Shown piece after piece: positions 47,455 to 56,753 of a stretch of DNA of 64,000 nucleotides (position 1 is the stretch's first letter; each line of letters starts with the position of its first letter). Made by a program: the position numbers and the translations under genes. This DNA comes from Candidatus Hydrogenedentota bacterium (lineage in GTDB: Bacteria; Hydrogenedentota; Hydrogenedentia; Hydrogenedentales; GCA-2746185). The notes below the pieces were generated by a model that ran no database searches, was not told the origin of the DNA, and was given only the letters and a program-made list of their open reading frames with translations. The DNA lies in contig JAYGCN010000049.1 in assembly GCA_046583315.1 (NCBI GenBank), positions 1 to 64,000 of the forward strand. The letters run 5' to 3'.

Positions 47455-49920
47455 ATGAAGACCTGGTTAAAAATTCTCCTGTTTATGTTTGTTGTTCTGT
47501 TATTTGTGGCAATGCTGCTGCCGAAGCAAATTGTGCGCAACGGCATGCCGAATCTTGACGGGACGGTGATTCACAGCTCGCTGTCTGCCGAAGTGACGGT
47601 GATTCGCGATGACTGGGGTGTTGCGCATATCAAGGCGAACACGCCGACGGACGCCTATTTTGCCTTCGGGTTTACGGTGGCTCAGGACCGGCTTTTCCAA
47701 ATTGAGGTGTTACGACGTCTTGGGCGCGGAACGCTTTCGGAAATCATTGGAGACGCCGCGTTGCCGATGGACAAGATTTCGCGTACATTGCTGTGGTACA
47801 AGACGGGCGAACGCCTCATGGAAGAGAAAGAGAGATTTTCGCAGGGCTATCTGGCGATCATGGAAGCGTATTGCGCCGGCGTAAATCACTACATTGACAC
47901 GAATCCCGCGCCGATTGAGTTCACGATTCTCGGCATCAAGCCGCAACACCTGACGCCGATGGATACGCTCGCGATTCAGGGGTACATGGCTTATGGATTT
48001 GCAGAGGGCATCCGCGCGGACTCGGTGTATGCGATGATCGCGCAGAAACATCCTGAATTGGATATGAGCGTCCTGTTTCCGGGTTATGACCTGACACAAA
48101 AGGTCACTATCATGGAAGGGGTGGTGGAAACGGGAAATGACGATTCGAAATCCGATGTTGCCTCGCTTCCCGGAGCCAATTTTGACGGTCTTGAACGTCT
48201 CGTTGCGCTCGCAGAAGCGACATTGCCGGATTTTGGCGTGTTTCACGGTAGTAACTCATGGGTTCTGAGCCCGGATCGCTCGAAATCGGGTGGGGCTTTA
48301 TTGGCGAACGATCCGCACATTGGTTTTACGAATCCTCCGGTCTGGTATGAATGCCACATTGAGTATGACGGCTTCGAATCCTACGGAGTGCACCTGCCAT
48401 TGGTGCCCGTCGCGGTCATCGGCCACAACACGTACAAGGGCTGGACCGTGACCATGTTTGAGAACGACGATGTCGATCTCTATCATGAGACGATCAATCC
48501 GGACAATCCGTCGCAGGTGATGTACAAGGGCGAATGGACTGACATGACGGAATGGACGGAGACGATTCCAGTAAAAGGTCAGGACCCGGTCGAACTTCCC
48601 ATTCGGATGACGCCGCATGGGCCTATCATCACGGAAATGCTCGATGGATATGAAGGTGACCCGGTGTCGATGTGGTGGCTGTTCCACGCGACGGACCATG
48701 CGTCGGCTGAATCATTTTACAGTCTCGGGCTTGCAAGAACGGTCGATCAGACCCGGGCCGCGGCGTCCCAGCTCATTGCGCCGGGCCTGAATATTTCCTA
48801 CGCGGACAAAGACGGAAACATTGCGTGGTGGGCTTCGGCGCGGGTACCGATTCGCCCGGATCACGTAAACAGCAAAACGATTTTGGATGGCGCGTCAGGC
48901 AAGGACGAAATTTTGGGGTATTTGCCCTTCTCCGAGAATCCGCAATTGGTCAATCCTGAGTCCGGCGTGATTGTGACTTCGAACAATATGTCATCGGCAT
49001 TGCCGGTTGGCCCCATTGAGAATCTGGAGGGTTATTGGCAGCCTGCTGATCGCGCGTGGCGAATTCTCGATTTACTGGACGAGCAGCCCAAGTGGAGTCT
49101 CGATGAGCTCAAAAAGGTCCAGACGGATACGAAGCTGCAGACGGGCCATCTCCTGGTGAATGCCGTCGTTCGCGCGATGTCCGAAACGGCGGACGACGGA
49201 AAAGTCTACGCCAGAGCGTTGACTGGCAATGCACTACGGGCATTCGACGCGTTGATAAAATGGAAGGCCTACCACGGAACCGATACTGACGGGGCAACGG
49301 TACACCAGTTTGTCTACGATGCGACCGTGCGCGCGTTACTGCTCGACGAGATGGGCGATACGCTGTTCACGACCTATCTGACCGTCGCGGACAGCCGCAA
49401 CTTTTTCCCTTATGCGTTGACCGAAGCAGATTGCGTGTATTGGGATGATGTGTCGACTCCGGAAATCGAATCTGCGAACGAAATCCTTCGCGCCGCGTTC
49501 GCCGTCGGTGTTCAGAATCTCGTTGATCGTCACGGAGACGACTGGTCGTGGGGTACGGCGCACACCATTGCATACCCCTATCTCGTGCTGGGTCAGTCGC
49601 CTCTGAAAAAGTACTGGACGATTGGACCGTTTCCGGCACCCAGTCATCGCGAAGCAGTTGCGAAGATGTCCTGGCGTAAACCGGACTACAAGGTAACCGC
49701 CGGTGCGTCGATGCGGCTGCTGATCGACTACGCGAACTATGGCGATCCCGATGGTATGTCGATGATATTGCCGACAGGCAACGTCGGACACATTCTGAGC
49801 GATCACTATTCGGATCAGTCTCAGATGTATCTACGCGGGGAGTATCGGAAGTTGCGATCGACGGCCGAAGAGATAAACGCGCATGCCGAACACACGATGA
49901 CCTTGAAGCCTCCTGGGTGA
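47455..49920 (+). CDS. Penicillin acylase / AHL-acylase family Ntn-hydrolase
   Basis: 'RDDWGVAHI', 'AQDRLFQ', autocleavage site 'GSNSW', 'LANDPH'. Confidence 0.93.
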   Translation: MKTWLKILLFMFVVLLFVAMLLPKQIVRNGMPNLDGTVIHSSLSAEVTVIRDDWGVAHIKANTPTDAYFAFGFTVAQDRLFQIEVLRRLGRGTLSEIIGDAALPMDKISRTLLWYKTGERLMEEKERFSQGYLAIMEAYCAGVNHYIDTNPAPIEFTILGIKPQHLTPMDTLAIQGYMAYGFAEGIRADSVYAMIAQKHPELDMSVLFPGYDLTQKVTIMEGVVETGNDDSKSDVASLPGANFDGLERLVALAEATLPDFGVFHGSNSWVLSPDRSKSGGALLANDPHIGFTNPPVWYECHIEYDGFESYGVHLPLVPVAVIGHNTYKGWTVTMFENDDVDLYHETINPDNPSQVMYKGEWTDMTEWTETIPVKGQDPVELPIRMTPHGPIITEMLDGYEGDPVSMWWLFHATDHASAESFYSLGLARTVDQTRAAASQLIAPGLNISYADKDGNIAWWASARVPIRPDHVNSKTILDGASGKDEILGYLPFSENPQLVNPESGVIVTSNNMSSALPVGPIENLEGYWQPADRAWRILDLLDEQPKWSLDELKKVQTDTKLQTGHLLVNAVVRAMSETADDGKVYARALTGNALRAFDALIKWKAYHGTDTDGATVHQFVYDATVRALLLDEMGDTLFTTYLTVADSRNFFPYALTEADCVYWDDVSTPEIESANEILRAAFAVGVQNLVDRHGDDWSWGTAHTIAYPYLVLGQSPLKKYWTIGPFPAPSHREAVAKMSWRKPDYKVTAGASMRLLIDYANYGDPDGMSMILPTGNVGHILSDHYSDQSQMYLRGEYRKLRSTAEEINAHAEHTMTLKPPG

Positions 49921-49983
49921 AGGGGAAGTGGTTGTGAACCAAAAGGGAAACCGACATACCCGGAGAGGGGCGGGTACGAGGGT

Positions 49984-50220
49984 TTAGCTGGCCAGGTGTA
50001 AGTGGCCTGAGGTCGCGAACCGCGTCAATGTGATTGGTTCGCTTCCAACGTCGTACATGCGTACGTACAACTTTGCCAATGATTTGGCTTCGGCGTAACT
50101 GCCGAATAGTGTTACGGGGGTGCCGTCGATGATAAAGGTCCAGGACCCATAGTGGTCATCGCGGGGCATACCGTGTTTCTGCGCGAGTGCGCGCGAAACG
50201 TCTATACGAATTTCGTTCAT
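49984..50220 (-). CDS. Small hypothetical protein (78 aa)
   Basis: Very strong SD (AAAGGAGGTG) before the ATG at 50220. Sequence includes 'HG.PR...YGSWTF', 'GSYAEAK..A'. Confidence 0.65.
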   Translation of the reverse strand: MNEIRIDVSRALAQKHGMPRDDHYGSWTFIIDGTPVTLFGSYAEAKSLAKLYVRMYDVGSEPITLTRFATSGHLHLAS

Positions 50221-50342
50221 GTTCACCTCCTTTCTGATTATGGTTGTGGTTTCGTTCATATTAAGTGAATGCCTTATGCATACTTGTTTGGTTTATACGT
50301 GAATCGCGTTTAGGGTTCCGTTTGTCGAGTTATGGGCAGTAG

Positions 50343-51812
50343 TTATCGGAACCGCGGTTTTGTGAATTTCATCGGAGACAATTCGATGTGGGTGGTGGAA
50401 AGTGGGTTGTCGCTCATGAATTCCTGCATGGTTTTCAGAATTTCTGCAGACGACAGGAACAATTCGTCGCTGTGGCCAGCACCTTCGATGATCAGGTGCT
50501 CGCTATTCGAGAAACCTGGAATCAGCTTTTCGGCGTTGGCCACTGAAGTGCGTCCGTCGAGCGTGCCGCTGATGAACAAGGTGCGAACGTCGGATGTGAG
50601 CGGCCCACGAAAGTCGTCTCCGAGATCGATTTCCGCGCAGGCGGCGCATATTTCCGGGTAGATTAAATTGATCGTGTCACCCAGTATAGTCTCCTCAGCC
50701 TCCTTCTCGATTTGTCGCAATCGCGCTTGGGTGGCTCCTGACGCGCAATCCATCAGCAAGGCCATTACGAGTTGACGGTTGCTGGCTCTTCGAGCCAACA
50801 TTGCCGCGTTTCCCATGCGTCTGAAGTCCCCCTGGGATGCGTTATACACCAATTGCGGGATGTTTCGACTGGAGGAGGTTGTACCCAGTAATGAAACCAT
50901 CGCGAACTGCATGCTCCATTTGTCGACAAGCACTTCGACGCGCTCTTTTGCGACAGGGTCAAAGGCCTTAACCATCACTGGGTTCTGTTCAAGTTCGTTT
51001 AGCAGGTTACCAAGCAGGCCCATTAAATCTGGAATATGCTCACCGAGCTCCGGGTCGTTTTTAACGCGTGCGGCGAGGTCTTTCAGTAATGCTTCTTGGT
51101 CACTGGGCAATTTTATTGATTGATCGGGGCCTTCAAGACCGGCGAGCATCGCCTTGTGAATATGCTGCCCGTGACGCCGTATCGTGGAGAGACCGAGATG
51201 GGTGCCGTAGCTGATTCCCCAGAGGGAGATTTTTTTGGCACCGAGCGCGATGCGTAAATCGTTGAGGTCGTCGGCGCTTTCTTCGGTGTTGAAGGATGCG
51301 AGGTCGAGACCACCAGCTTCCAGGGCATCGAGTTGTGTCTTCGTCTGGTCAATGATCGGCTTCATGAACGCGTCGAAGTCGATGGGTTTGTCCAGGGGAT
51401 AATCGCGTGTAATCGTGAGGATCGGTTTCGGTTCTGAGATGCCGGTACCGCGCTGATCGAAGGCGATGACATCGCCGTATGCGCGCATGGCCATGAAAAG
51501 GGGGAACCGTGCTCCCCGTGCCGATTCGATTCCTGAACCGCCGGGTCCGCCTGCGAGGTAGATGATGGGTGGACCGGGGTTGTCCGAGGTGGACTTGAAT
51601 CGGATGAAGCCGAGTTTGTAGAGGTCGTTGCCAGACCTGGATCGGTTTGCCGGAACCCACAGGGTGCCGCGTTCGGCCTCAACCGGATCGCCTTTGGATG
51701 GCGCGTAGGTGGTTGACTCGAAGGTGATGTCACCGGCTTTGGGCTCTTGCGCCAAGGCGATTGAAGTGGCGCATAGCATCACTGAAAGAAATATGGGTAT
51801 TCGGCTCAACAT
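50343..51812 (-). CDS. Secreted alpha/beta hydrolase (TAP-like, peptidase S33)
   Basis: 'GGPGGSG', 'DQRGTG', nucleophile motif 'GISYG', 'GAGHS'. Confidence 0.9.
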   Translation of the reverse strand: MLSRIPIFLSVMLCATSIALAQEPKAGDITFESTTYAPSKGDPVEAERGTLWVPANRSRSGNDLYKLGFIRFKSTSDNPGPPIIYLAGGPGGSGIESARGARFPLFMAMRAYGDVIAFDQRGTGISEPKPILTITRDYPLDKPIDFDAFMKPIIDQTKTQLDALEAGGLDLASFNTEESADDLNDLRIALGAKKISLWGISYGTHLGLSTIRRHGQHIHKAMLAGLEGPDQSIKLPSDQEALLKDLAARVKNDPELGEHIPDLMGLLGNLLNELEQNPVMVKAFDPVAKERVEVLVDKWSMQFAMVSLLGTTSSSRNIPQLVYNASQGDFRRMGNAAMLARRASNRQLVMALLMDCASGATQARLRQIEKEAEETILGDTINLIYPEICAACAEIDLGDDFRGPLTSDVRTLFISGTLDGRTSVANAEKLIPGFSNSEHLIIEGAGHSDELFLSSAEILKTMQEFMSDNPLSTTHIELSPMKFTKPRFR

Positions 51813-51914
51813 GGTCGGAGTCTCCCGTCAGTCGCCCTTATGGACGTGGTTATCCACTGTACTCTGACTCTAACTACCACGGATTGGTTTGATTTATTCG
51901 AAACGGGATTGGCC

Positions 51915-53939
51915 TTATTTGGCGGCTACGAGCTTGGCGTCATCGGCGGCCTGTTGCTCGGGGGCTGTCGGTCTCTTACGATCGCGGAACAGCACGAGGA
52001 AACCGAGTAGCATGATAAAGGTTTCGACACCCCAGAAGGTGAAGGTCGCGTTCCAGATGCCTTCGGTGAAGCCGTAGCTGTGCAGACCGACGCCGAGCAG
52101 GTTCACGCCCCACCAGGAGAATCCGACGACGCAGCCGGTGAAGAGCGCGGCGATGTGGATGCCCATTTGTTTGATATAACCGCCGTTACGGGCATGAAGG
52201 ATGGCGAGTTGGCAAACGACGATGAGGGCGGCGCCATTTTCTTTGGGGTCCCAGCCCCAGAAACGGCCCCAGCTGTAATTGGCCCAGATGCCACCGAGCA
52301 CGGTGCCGACGAAAGCGAAGAGTAATCCGAAACAGGTAACGCCGTAGACCATGCGGGTGATGCCGCGGTAGAATTTGGGGTCGTTTTGTTTACGTTTGAA
52401 GAGGCGACCCAGAATGTAGACGTGGGAGATTCCGGCCGCGAGCATTCCGGCGGCGTACCCGATGTTGATGATGGTTACGTGGGTGGCGAGCCAGAAGTTG
52501 GTGTCCAACACGGCGACGAGGCTGGGCATGGTGTCTTGCTGGTTGGTAATTTCGTAGCGACCGGCGATGAAGAGGCCCAGGGCCCCTAAAAAGGCCGCCA
52601 CGGACAGGCCGATTTTCTGGCGGTTGATGTATTCGATGAAGAGTGCCACCGCGACGCACACGGCGGTGATGAAGAGTACCGTTTCGTAGAGGGTGGAGAC
52701 GGGTGGACGTCCGCGAATGATGCAGCGAAGCGTGATGGCGGTGATGAGCATGAGCAAGGGAACGACCACGGCGACGACGGTGGCGCGGGTGAGCCACTTG
52801 TTTTTGAGACTCAACCAGGAAAGTGCGGCGAGAATGAATGAGAAAATGAAAATAATCTGAGCACGATAGACCAATTGCGCGTTGTAGTAGCTTCGCTCCA
52901 ATCGGATCATACTGTATTCTTCGCGGGCTTCGGCTTGCGCAATCACGAGATCGTGGAAGGTGTGCAGTTCAAAGCTGAAGGCCATTTTGTCATCGACTTT
53001 GTCGGCCAGACGATCCAGGGAGGCGAGTATGGCGAGTTCTGACTCAGCGGAGGGAACATTGTTCAATGTCGACTTGGTCATGTCGCTGGGTGTGAGCCAG
53101 TCTTTGTCCTCAGGATTGGCGGGTGGAATGAGGCGCATCGACATCGACGTAGCTTCGGCCATCAGGAGGGGGTAGAAAAAGGCTTCCATTGCATCGACTT
53201 CGTGTTGATAGTCTTCGGCACCGTTTTCTTCGACGACTTGTTGTAAAGCCCGGATACCATTTTGCAGACCTCGGAAATTACGGAGCAGGTCGGCGAGGGT
53301 CAGCTCTGCGTCCGCGTCGATATTCATCACTCGTCGAACGACCGCGCTATCGGCGACGGGGTAGGTTTCGCGGGCGAAATCGAGGTAGTGAATCAGAATA
53401 TCTAACTCGTAAAAGGATCCCCACAGGGCGATCATAACTTTCTGTTGGTAGCTCTGATCGGCGGGCTCCAATCGCGAGGCGGATTGGGCTCGACCTAAGA
53501 GATCCTGGCTCGCGCCCTTAAGTTCGTTGTAACTGTATCGATCCCGCTGTTTGGTGTGTTGCTCAATACCTAAGGTTGTCACCACGTTAGCATCGTCGAT
53601 GATGAAAACAGGGTAATCGGCGGCTTGCTCGGGATAAAACATGCAATCGAGCAGCCATTCGACGGGCCCCATTTTCTCGGAGCGCTTCGTTTTGTTTCCC
53701 TCTGCGTCCAAGGGCTGGTAGCTGCGTTTGCCGTTGATGCGCAACATTTTGAATTGAGCGAAGGTATCGAGGGGTTTGATGCGACCGCCATCGAGGATGG
53801 GGATTTCGGAAACCAACGCGATGGTTTCGTCGGTCCATTGACCGGCGCTGTGGGCGGATGCGGCGTGGGCCGTGTTAGTCAGGAACCCGGCTGCAAGTAT
53901 CGTTGCACATACGATGCTGGTGGTGAATCGTCGTCTCAT
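51915..53939 (-). CDS. ccsA: System II cytochrome c synthase CcsA/ResC with large N-terminal extracytoplasmic domain
   Basis: WWD motif 'WANYSWGRFWGWDPKE', 'FWLATHV', 'GLHSY', N-terminal 'GRIKPLDT'. Confidence 0.93.
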   Translation of the reverse strand: MRRRFTTSIVCATILAAGFLTNTAHAASAHSAGQWTDETIALVSEIPILDGGRIKPLDTFAQFKMLRINGKRSYQPLDAEGNKTKRSEKMGPVEWLLDCMFYPEQAADYPVFIIDDANVVTTLGIEQHTKQRDRYSYNELKGASQDLLGRAQSASRLEPADQSYQQKVMIALWGSFYELDILIHYLDFARETYPVADSAVVRRVMNIDADAELTLADLLRNFRGLQNGIRALQQVVEENGAEDYQHEVDAMEAFFYPLLMAEATSMSMRLIPPANPEDKDWLTPSDMTKSTLNNVPSAESELAILASLDRLADKVDDKMAFSFELHTFHDLVIAQAEAREEYSMIRLERSYYNAQLVYRAQIIFIFSFILAALSWLSLKNKWLTRATVVAVVVPLLMLITAITLRCIIRGRPPVSTLYETVLFITAVCVAVALFIEYINRQKIGLSVAAFLGALGLFIAGRYEITNQQDTMPSLVAVLDTNFWLATHVTIINIGYAAGMLAAGISHVYILGRLFKRKQNDPKFYRGITRMVYGVTCFGLLFAFVGTVLGGIWANYSWGRFWGWDPKENGAALIVVCQLAILHARNGGYIKQMGIHIAALFTGCVVGFSWWGVNLLGVGLHSYGFTEGIWNATFTFWGVETFIMLLGFLVLFRDRKRPTAPEQQAADDAKLVAAK

Positions 53940-55087
53940 GATGAACGCCTCTTGGCTTCTAAACGCATATACGCCAATAGTTTTAGAATGAAGTGAAGCA
54001 GCAATCCGATGCTGATGATAATGCAGGCATAGAGCGGTCCCTGGTCACCGGGATTGCGCACGACGGCGAACTGGGAATACAGGGGTTCACCGGGCGCGGC
54101 GTTGGGCGGGCCCCAGGATTCCTGGAAGAAGGTGTATCCTTTGTAACGCAGCGGGTGGTTCATCCAGATACGAATGGTTTCTTCTTCCCCGTTCTCCGTT
54201 TTGGTGATGTAACTCTCGTAACTCTTGGCCATTTGTGTGCCGGCATATTTTTCGTGGATAAACTCGTCGAGCGTGACGAGGAAAGGCACGTTCCAGCGTT
54301 CGCGGGTGAGATCGATTAACCAGGGCTCGCCGTCCACGTTAACCGTGAGGGCGTTGCGACTCATGCCCCAGAGAATGGCTTCGACAGTTTCGTCGGTGTT
54401 GGAGTCGATGACTTCGATATAGATGGCGGGCATATTCTGCTCGGCCTGCTTTTCGGGTTTCATGGGATCGATGAAGAATTCGTCGACGATTTTCAGGTTA
54501 TCCGAAATCATGGGACGCACGGGGCTGACAAAGGCGTTCCTGGAAAAGGAGTGCAGTTTGATGTCGAAGGGAATGGCATCGTTGTAGAAGGTGCGGCTCT
54601 TGTCGCCTTCGAGATCGGAGAAATCGTCGTCGTCAATAATGAACTGTTCGGCACCGACTCCGGGTTTACCGATTTCGATGGTCCAATCGACGTAACTGGA
54701 GAATTCGTTGGAGGCCTGGGTTTCGAAGAGGCGCATGTGTCCGCGATCGGCGAAATGGAAGGTGAGTGCGCAGCTGATCAGCATCACGACGATGCCGATG
54801 TGGGAGATAAGGATGCCGATGGTGCCTTTGCCTTTTCGGATACGAATGAGGCCTCCACACAAGAGGTTGATGGAAAAGACGACCATCAAGATGTAAGCAC
54901 CGGGCAGGGGGATGGTGAGGGGGCCGAGTTCGTGCATGACGTAAACAGAATCGAAGTATTTTTGTTGAGCGGCGTAGAGCCCGTGGTCGACCTGATAGAG
55001 CGTTCCGAAGAGAATAATCAGGAACATGAAAATCAGCAGAATGACGGTCAAGCCGAAGGAGGCGAGAATATTGAATAGTTTGTTCAT
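53936..55087 (-). CDS. ResB/CcsB-like cytochrome c biogenesis protein
   Basis: Three N-terminal TM helices with 'HIG', 'MNHPLRYKGYTFFQ', C-terminal TM. Overlaps the ccsA start. Confidence 0.88.
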   Translation of the reverse strand: MNKLFNILASFGLTVILLIFMFLIILFGTLYQVDHGLYAAQQKYFDSVYVMHELGPLTIPLPGAYILMVVFSINLLCGGLIRIRKGKGTIGILISHIGIVVMLISCALTFHFADRGHMRLFETQASNEFSSYVDWTIEIGKPGVGAEQFIIDDDDFSDLEGDKSRTFYNDAIPFDIKLHSFSRNAFVSPVRPMISDNLKIVDEFFIDPMKPEKQAEQNMPAIYIEVIDSNTDETVEAILWGMSRNALTVNVDGEPWLIDLTRERWNVPFLVTLDEFIHEKYAGTQMAKSYESYITKTENGEEETIRIWMNHPLRYKGYTFFQESWGPPNAAPGEPLYSQFAVVRNPGDQGPLYACIIISIGLLLHFILKLLAYMRLEAKRRSS

Positions 55088-55094
55088 GGTTTCC

Positions 55095-56288
55095 TTATTC
55101 TTTCAGATCGATGCTGGAGCAGAATACGACAAATTTGGACCAGTTGGCGCGTACGGCGTCTTTGGGTCCGACGAGTTTGATGAAGAGGGTCTGCCCATTG
55201 ACTTCTTGAGAGGTGCCTACGAGCATCTGATTGGGTTTCTTTTCCCCGCTCATACCACCGTAGTCGCCTTCAATGACGAGCATGGGCACTTCCTCGTTGA
55301 AGAAAATAACCGGGGGCTGCAACATGAGTTCGGTTTCGTCGAGGGGTTCCTGACCGAATTGTCCGAGCCATCGATTGTAGTTGTTGAGGCGTCCGCCGCC
55401 ATCTCCGCCGAGCACGGTGATGTAACACTCGGCTTGTGCCCCGGTTTCGTCGTCTCGAACATTGAAGGTTACGAGTCGCATGGATGACGCACCTGCCGCC
55501 AGGGTCCATCCTTCGGGAACTTCCCACATGTAATCACCGGCACCGTTGGGCGCGGGAGTTGCTTGAGAAGCGGTCGTCGTCTGTGGCAAAGGCGGGTGAT
55601 CAGCGGGCATGGTTGCATCGTCGGCGATGGGTGCTGCTGCCACCGGTGCGTGGTCATGGTCGCCGGTATTTTCATGGAGCGAATCGATGAAGGTAGCGAA
55701 GTGATTTAATTGAGGCATCACTTTGCTTTCCGGCCCGGTCATCTTGATGGTGATGAGTCGGCCGTCGGCTTGAATGATTGCGCCGATAAGCCGATAGTCG
55801 GGTTGGGCCTCGGTCTGCCCCATGCCTTTGAAATCGCCGGAGAAGTTTACCACTTTGGCGGGGTATCCCAGAATCTGCACGGAGGGTAATGCTTCGATTT
55901 CTTCCTGGGTGTAGTCCGGTGCGTTGAATTGTCCGCGCCAGCGATTAAGGTTAATCGCGAGGCCTCCCCCATCTCCTTGCAACACGCTTATGTAACATTC
56001 GGTGTCGCCGTCTTGACCAATGACGAAATTGGGATTGCGGAATTCGGTTGGAGTAAGCTCGGTCCAGCCAGCGGGCACGGAATAGTGAAAAGGTGATTTC
56101 GCTTCGAGTCTCGCCAGTGCTGCCCGCGACAGGAATCGCTCGTTGCTGGAGGCGTCGACCTTGTCTTCGTAGCGATACTCGGACCGGGTGGCGGTATCGG
56201 TAATTTCGACGCTATCGGGCGGGGCACCGCATGCGGCGATGAGCAGGACGAGTCCTGTGGCGGCACAAAATTGCAGATGCTTAACCAT
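55095..56288 (-). CDS. Uncharacterised lipoprotein with internally duplicated domain, first gene of the ccs operon
   Basis: Lipobox 'IAAC', two copies of 'VP.GW...ECYI.VL.GDGGG...N.NRW.GQF...IK..GP', His/Pro-rich linker. Confidence 0.85.
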   Translation of the reverse strand: MVKHLQFCAATGLVLLIAACGAPPDSVEITDTATRSEYRYEDKVDASSNERFLSRAALARLEAKSPFHYSVPAGWTELTPTEFRNPNFVIGQDGDTECYISVLQGDGGGLAINLNRWRGQFNAPDYTQEEIEALPSVQILGYPAKVVNFSGDFKGMGQTEAQPDYRLIGAIIQADGRLITIKMTGPESKVMPQLNHFATFIDSLHENTGDHDHAPVAAAPIADDATMPADHPPLPQTTTASQATPAPNGAGDYMWEVPEGWTLAAGASSMRLVTFNVRDDETGAQAECYITVLGGDGGGRLNNYNRWLGQFGQEPLDETELMLQPPVIFFNEEVPMLVIEGDYGGMSGEKKPNQMLVGTSQEVNGQTLFIKLVGPKDAVRANWSKFVVFCSSIDLKE

Positions 56289-56343
56289 TCAGAGGTTTCC
56301 TTGTGGGATTGGAGATGACGTTTCGGCTCGAATACAGCCACCT

Positions 56344-56373
56344 ATGGTACTATTTTCAGGGGCTTAACGTCAA
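56344..56373 (-). promoter_or_regulatory. Putative sigma70 promoter of the ccs operon
   Basis: TTGACG-N18-TACCAT about 55 bp upstream of the ATG at 56288. Confidence 0.5.
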
Positions 56374-56753
56374 AAGTGTTCGGGTACTGAAACCCCTATC
56401 CCGTGGTCTAAGTTCCGTATCGGGATGCGCGATTTGAGCGTAAATAGTCCGATTTTCATTAAAGATCTCAGGGGATTCGTCGATAAAACTCTTGTCAGCC
56501 GAGACACGGAGGTCAAGGTTTGCCCGACACGGAAGTCGATATTGCCGGGACTGGCACAGGGGGTTTCCCGAAGCCGGTTCAGAAAACGGGCCAACCTGTT
56601 TTCTGGAGAAATTAGAATGGCCGAATGTGGCGCGTGACATACGCCACAACGAAGTCGGTTCATTCATCGTTAATTTTTCCTTGAGTGCGCTATGATGCGT
56701 TTTGCGTCATAGCGCACTATTTTTTTTGGACAAATTCGTGTACTATTTCGAAT

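Noticed and set aside
56500..56545. c-di-GMP-I riboswitch (GGGCAAACC on the minus strand)
   Set aside because: The GNRA-capped stem and the following GACGCAAA segment are absent.
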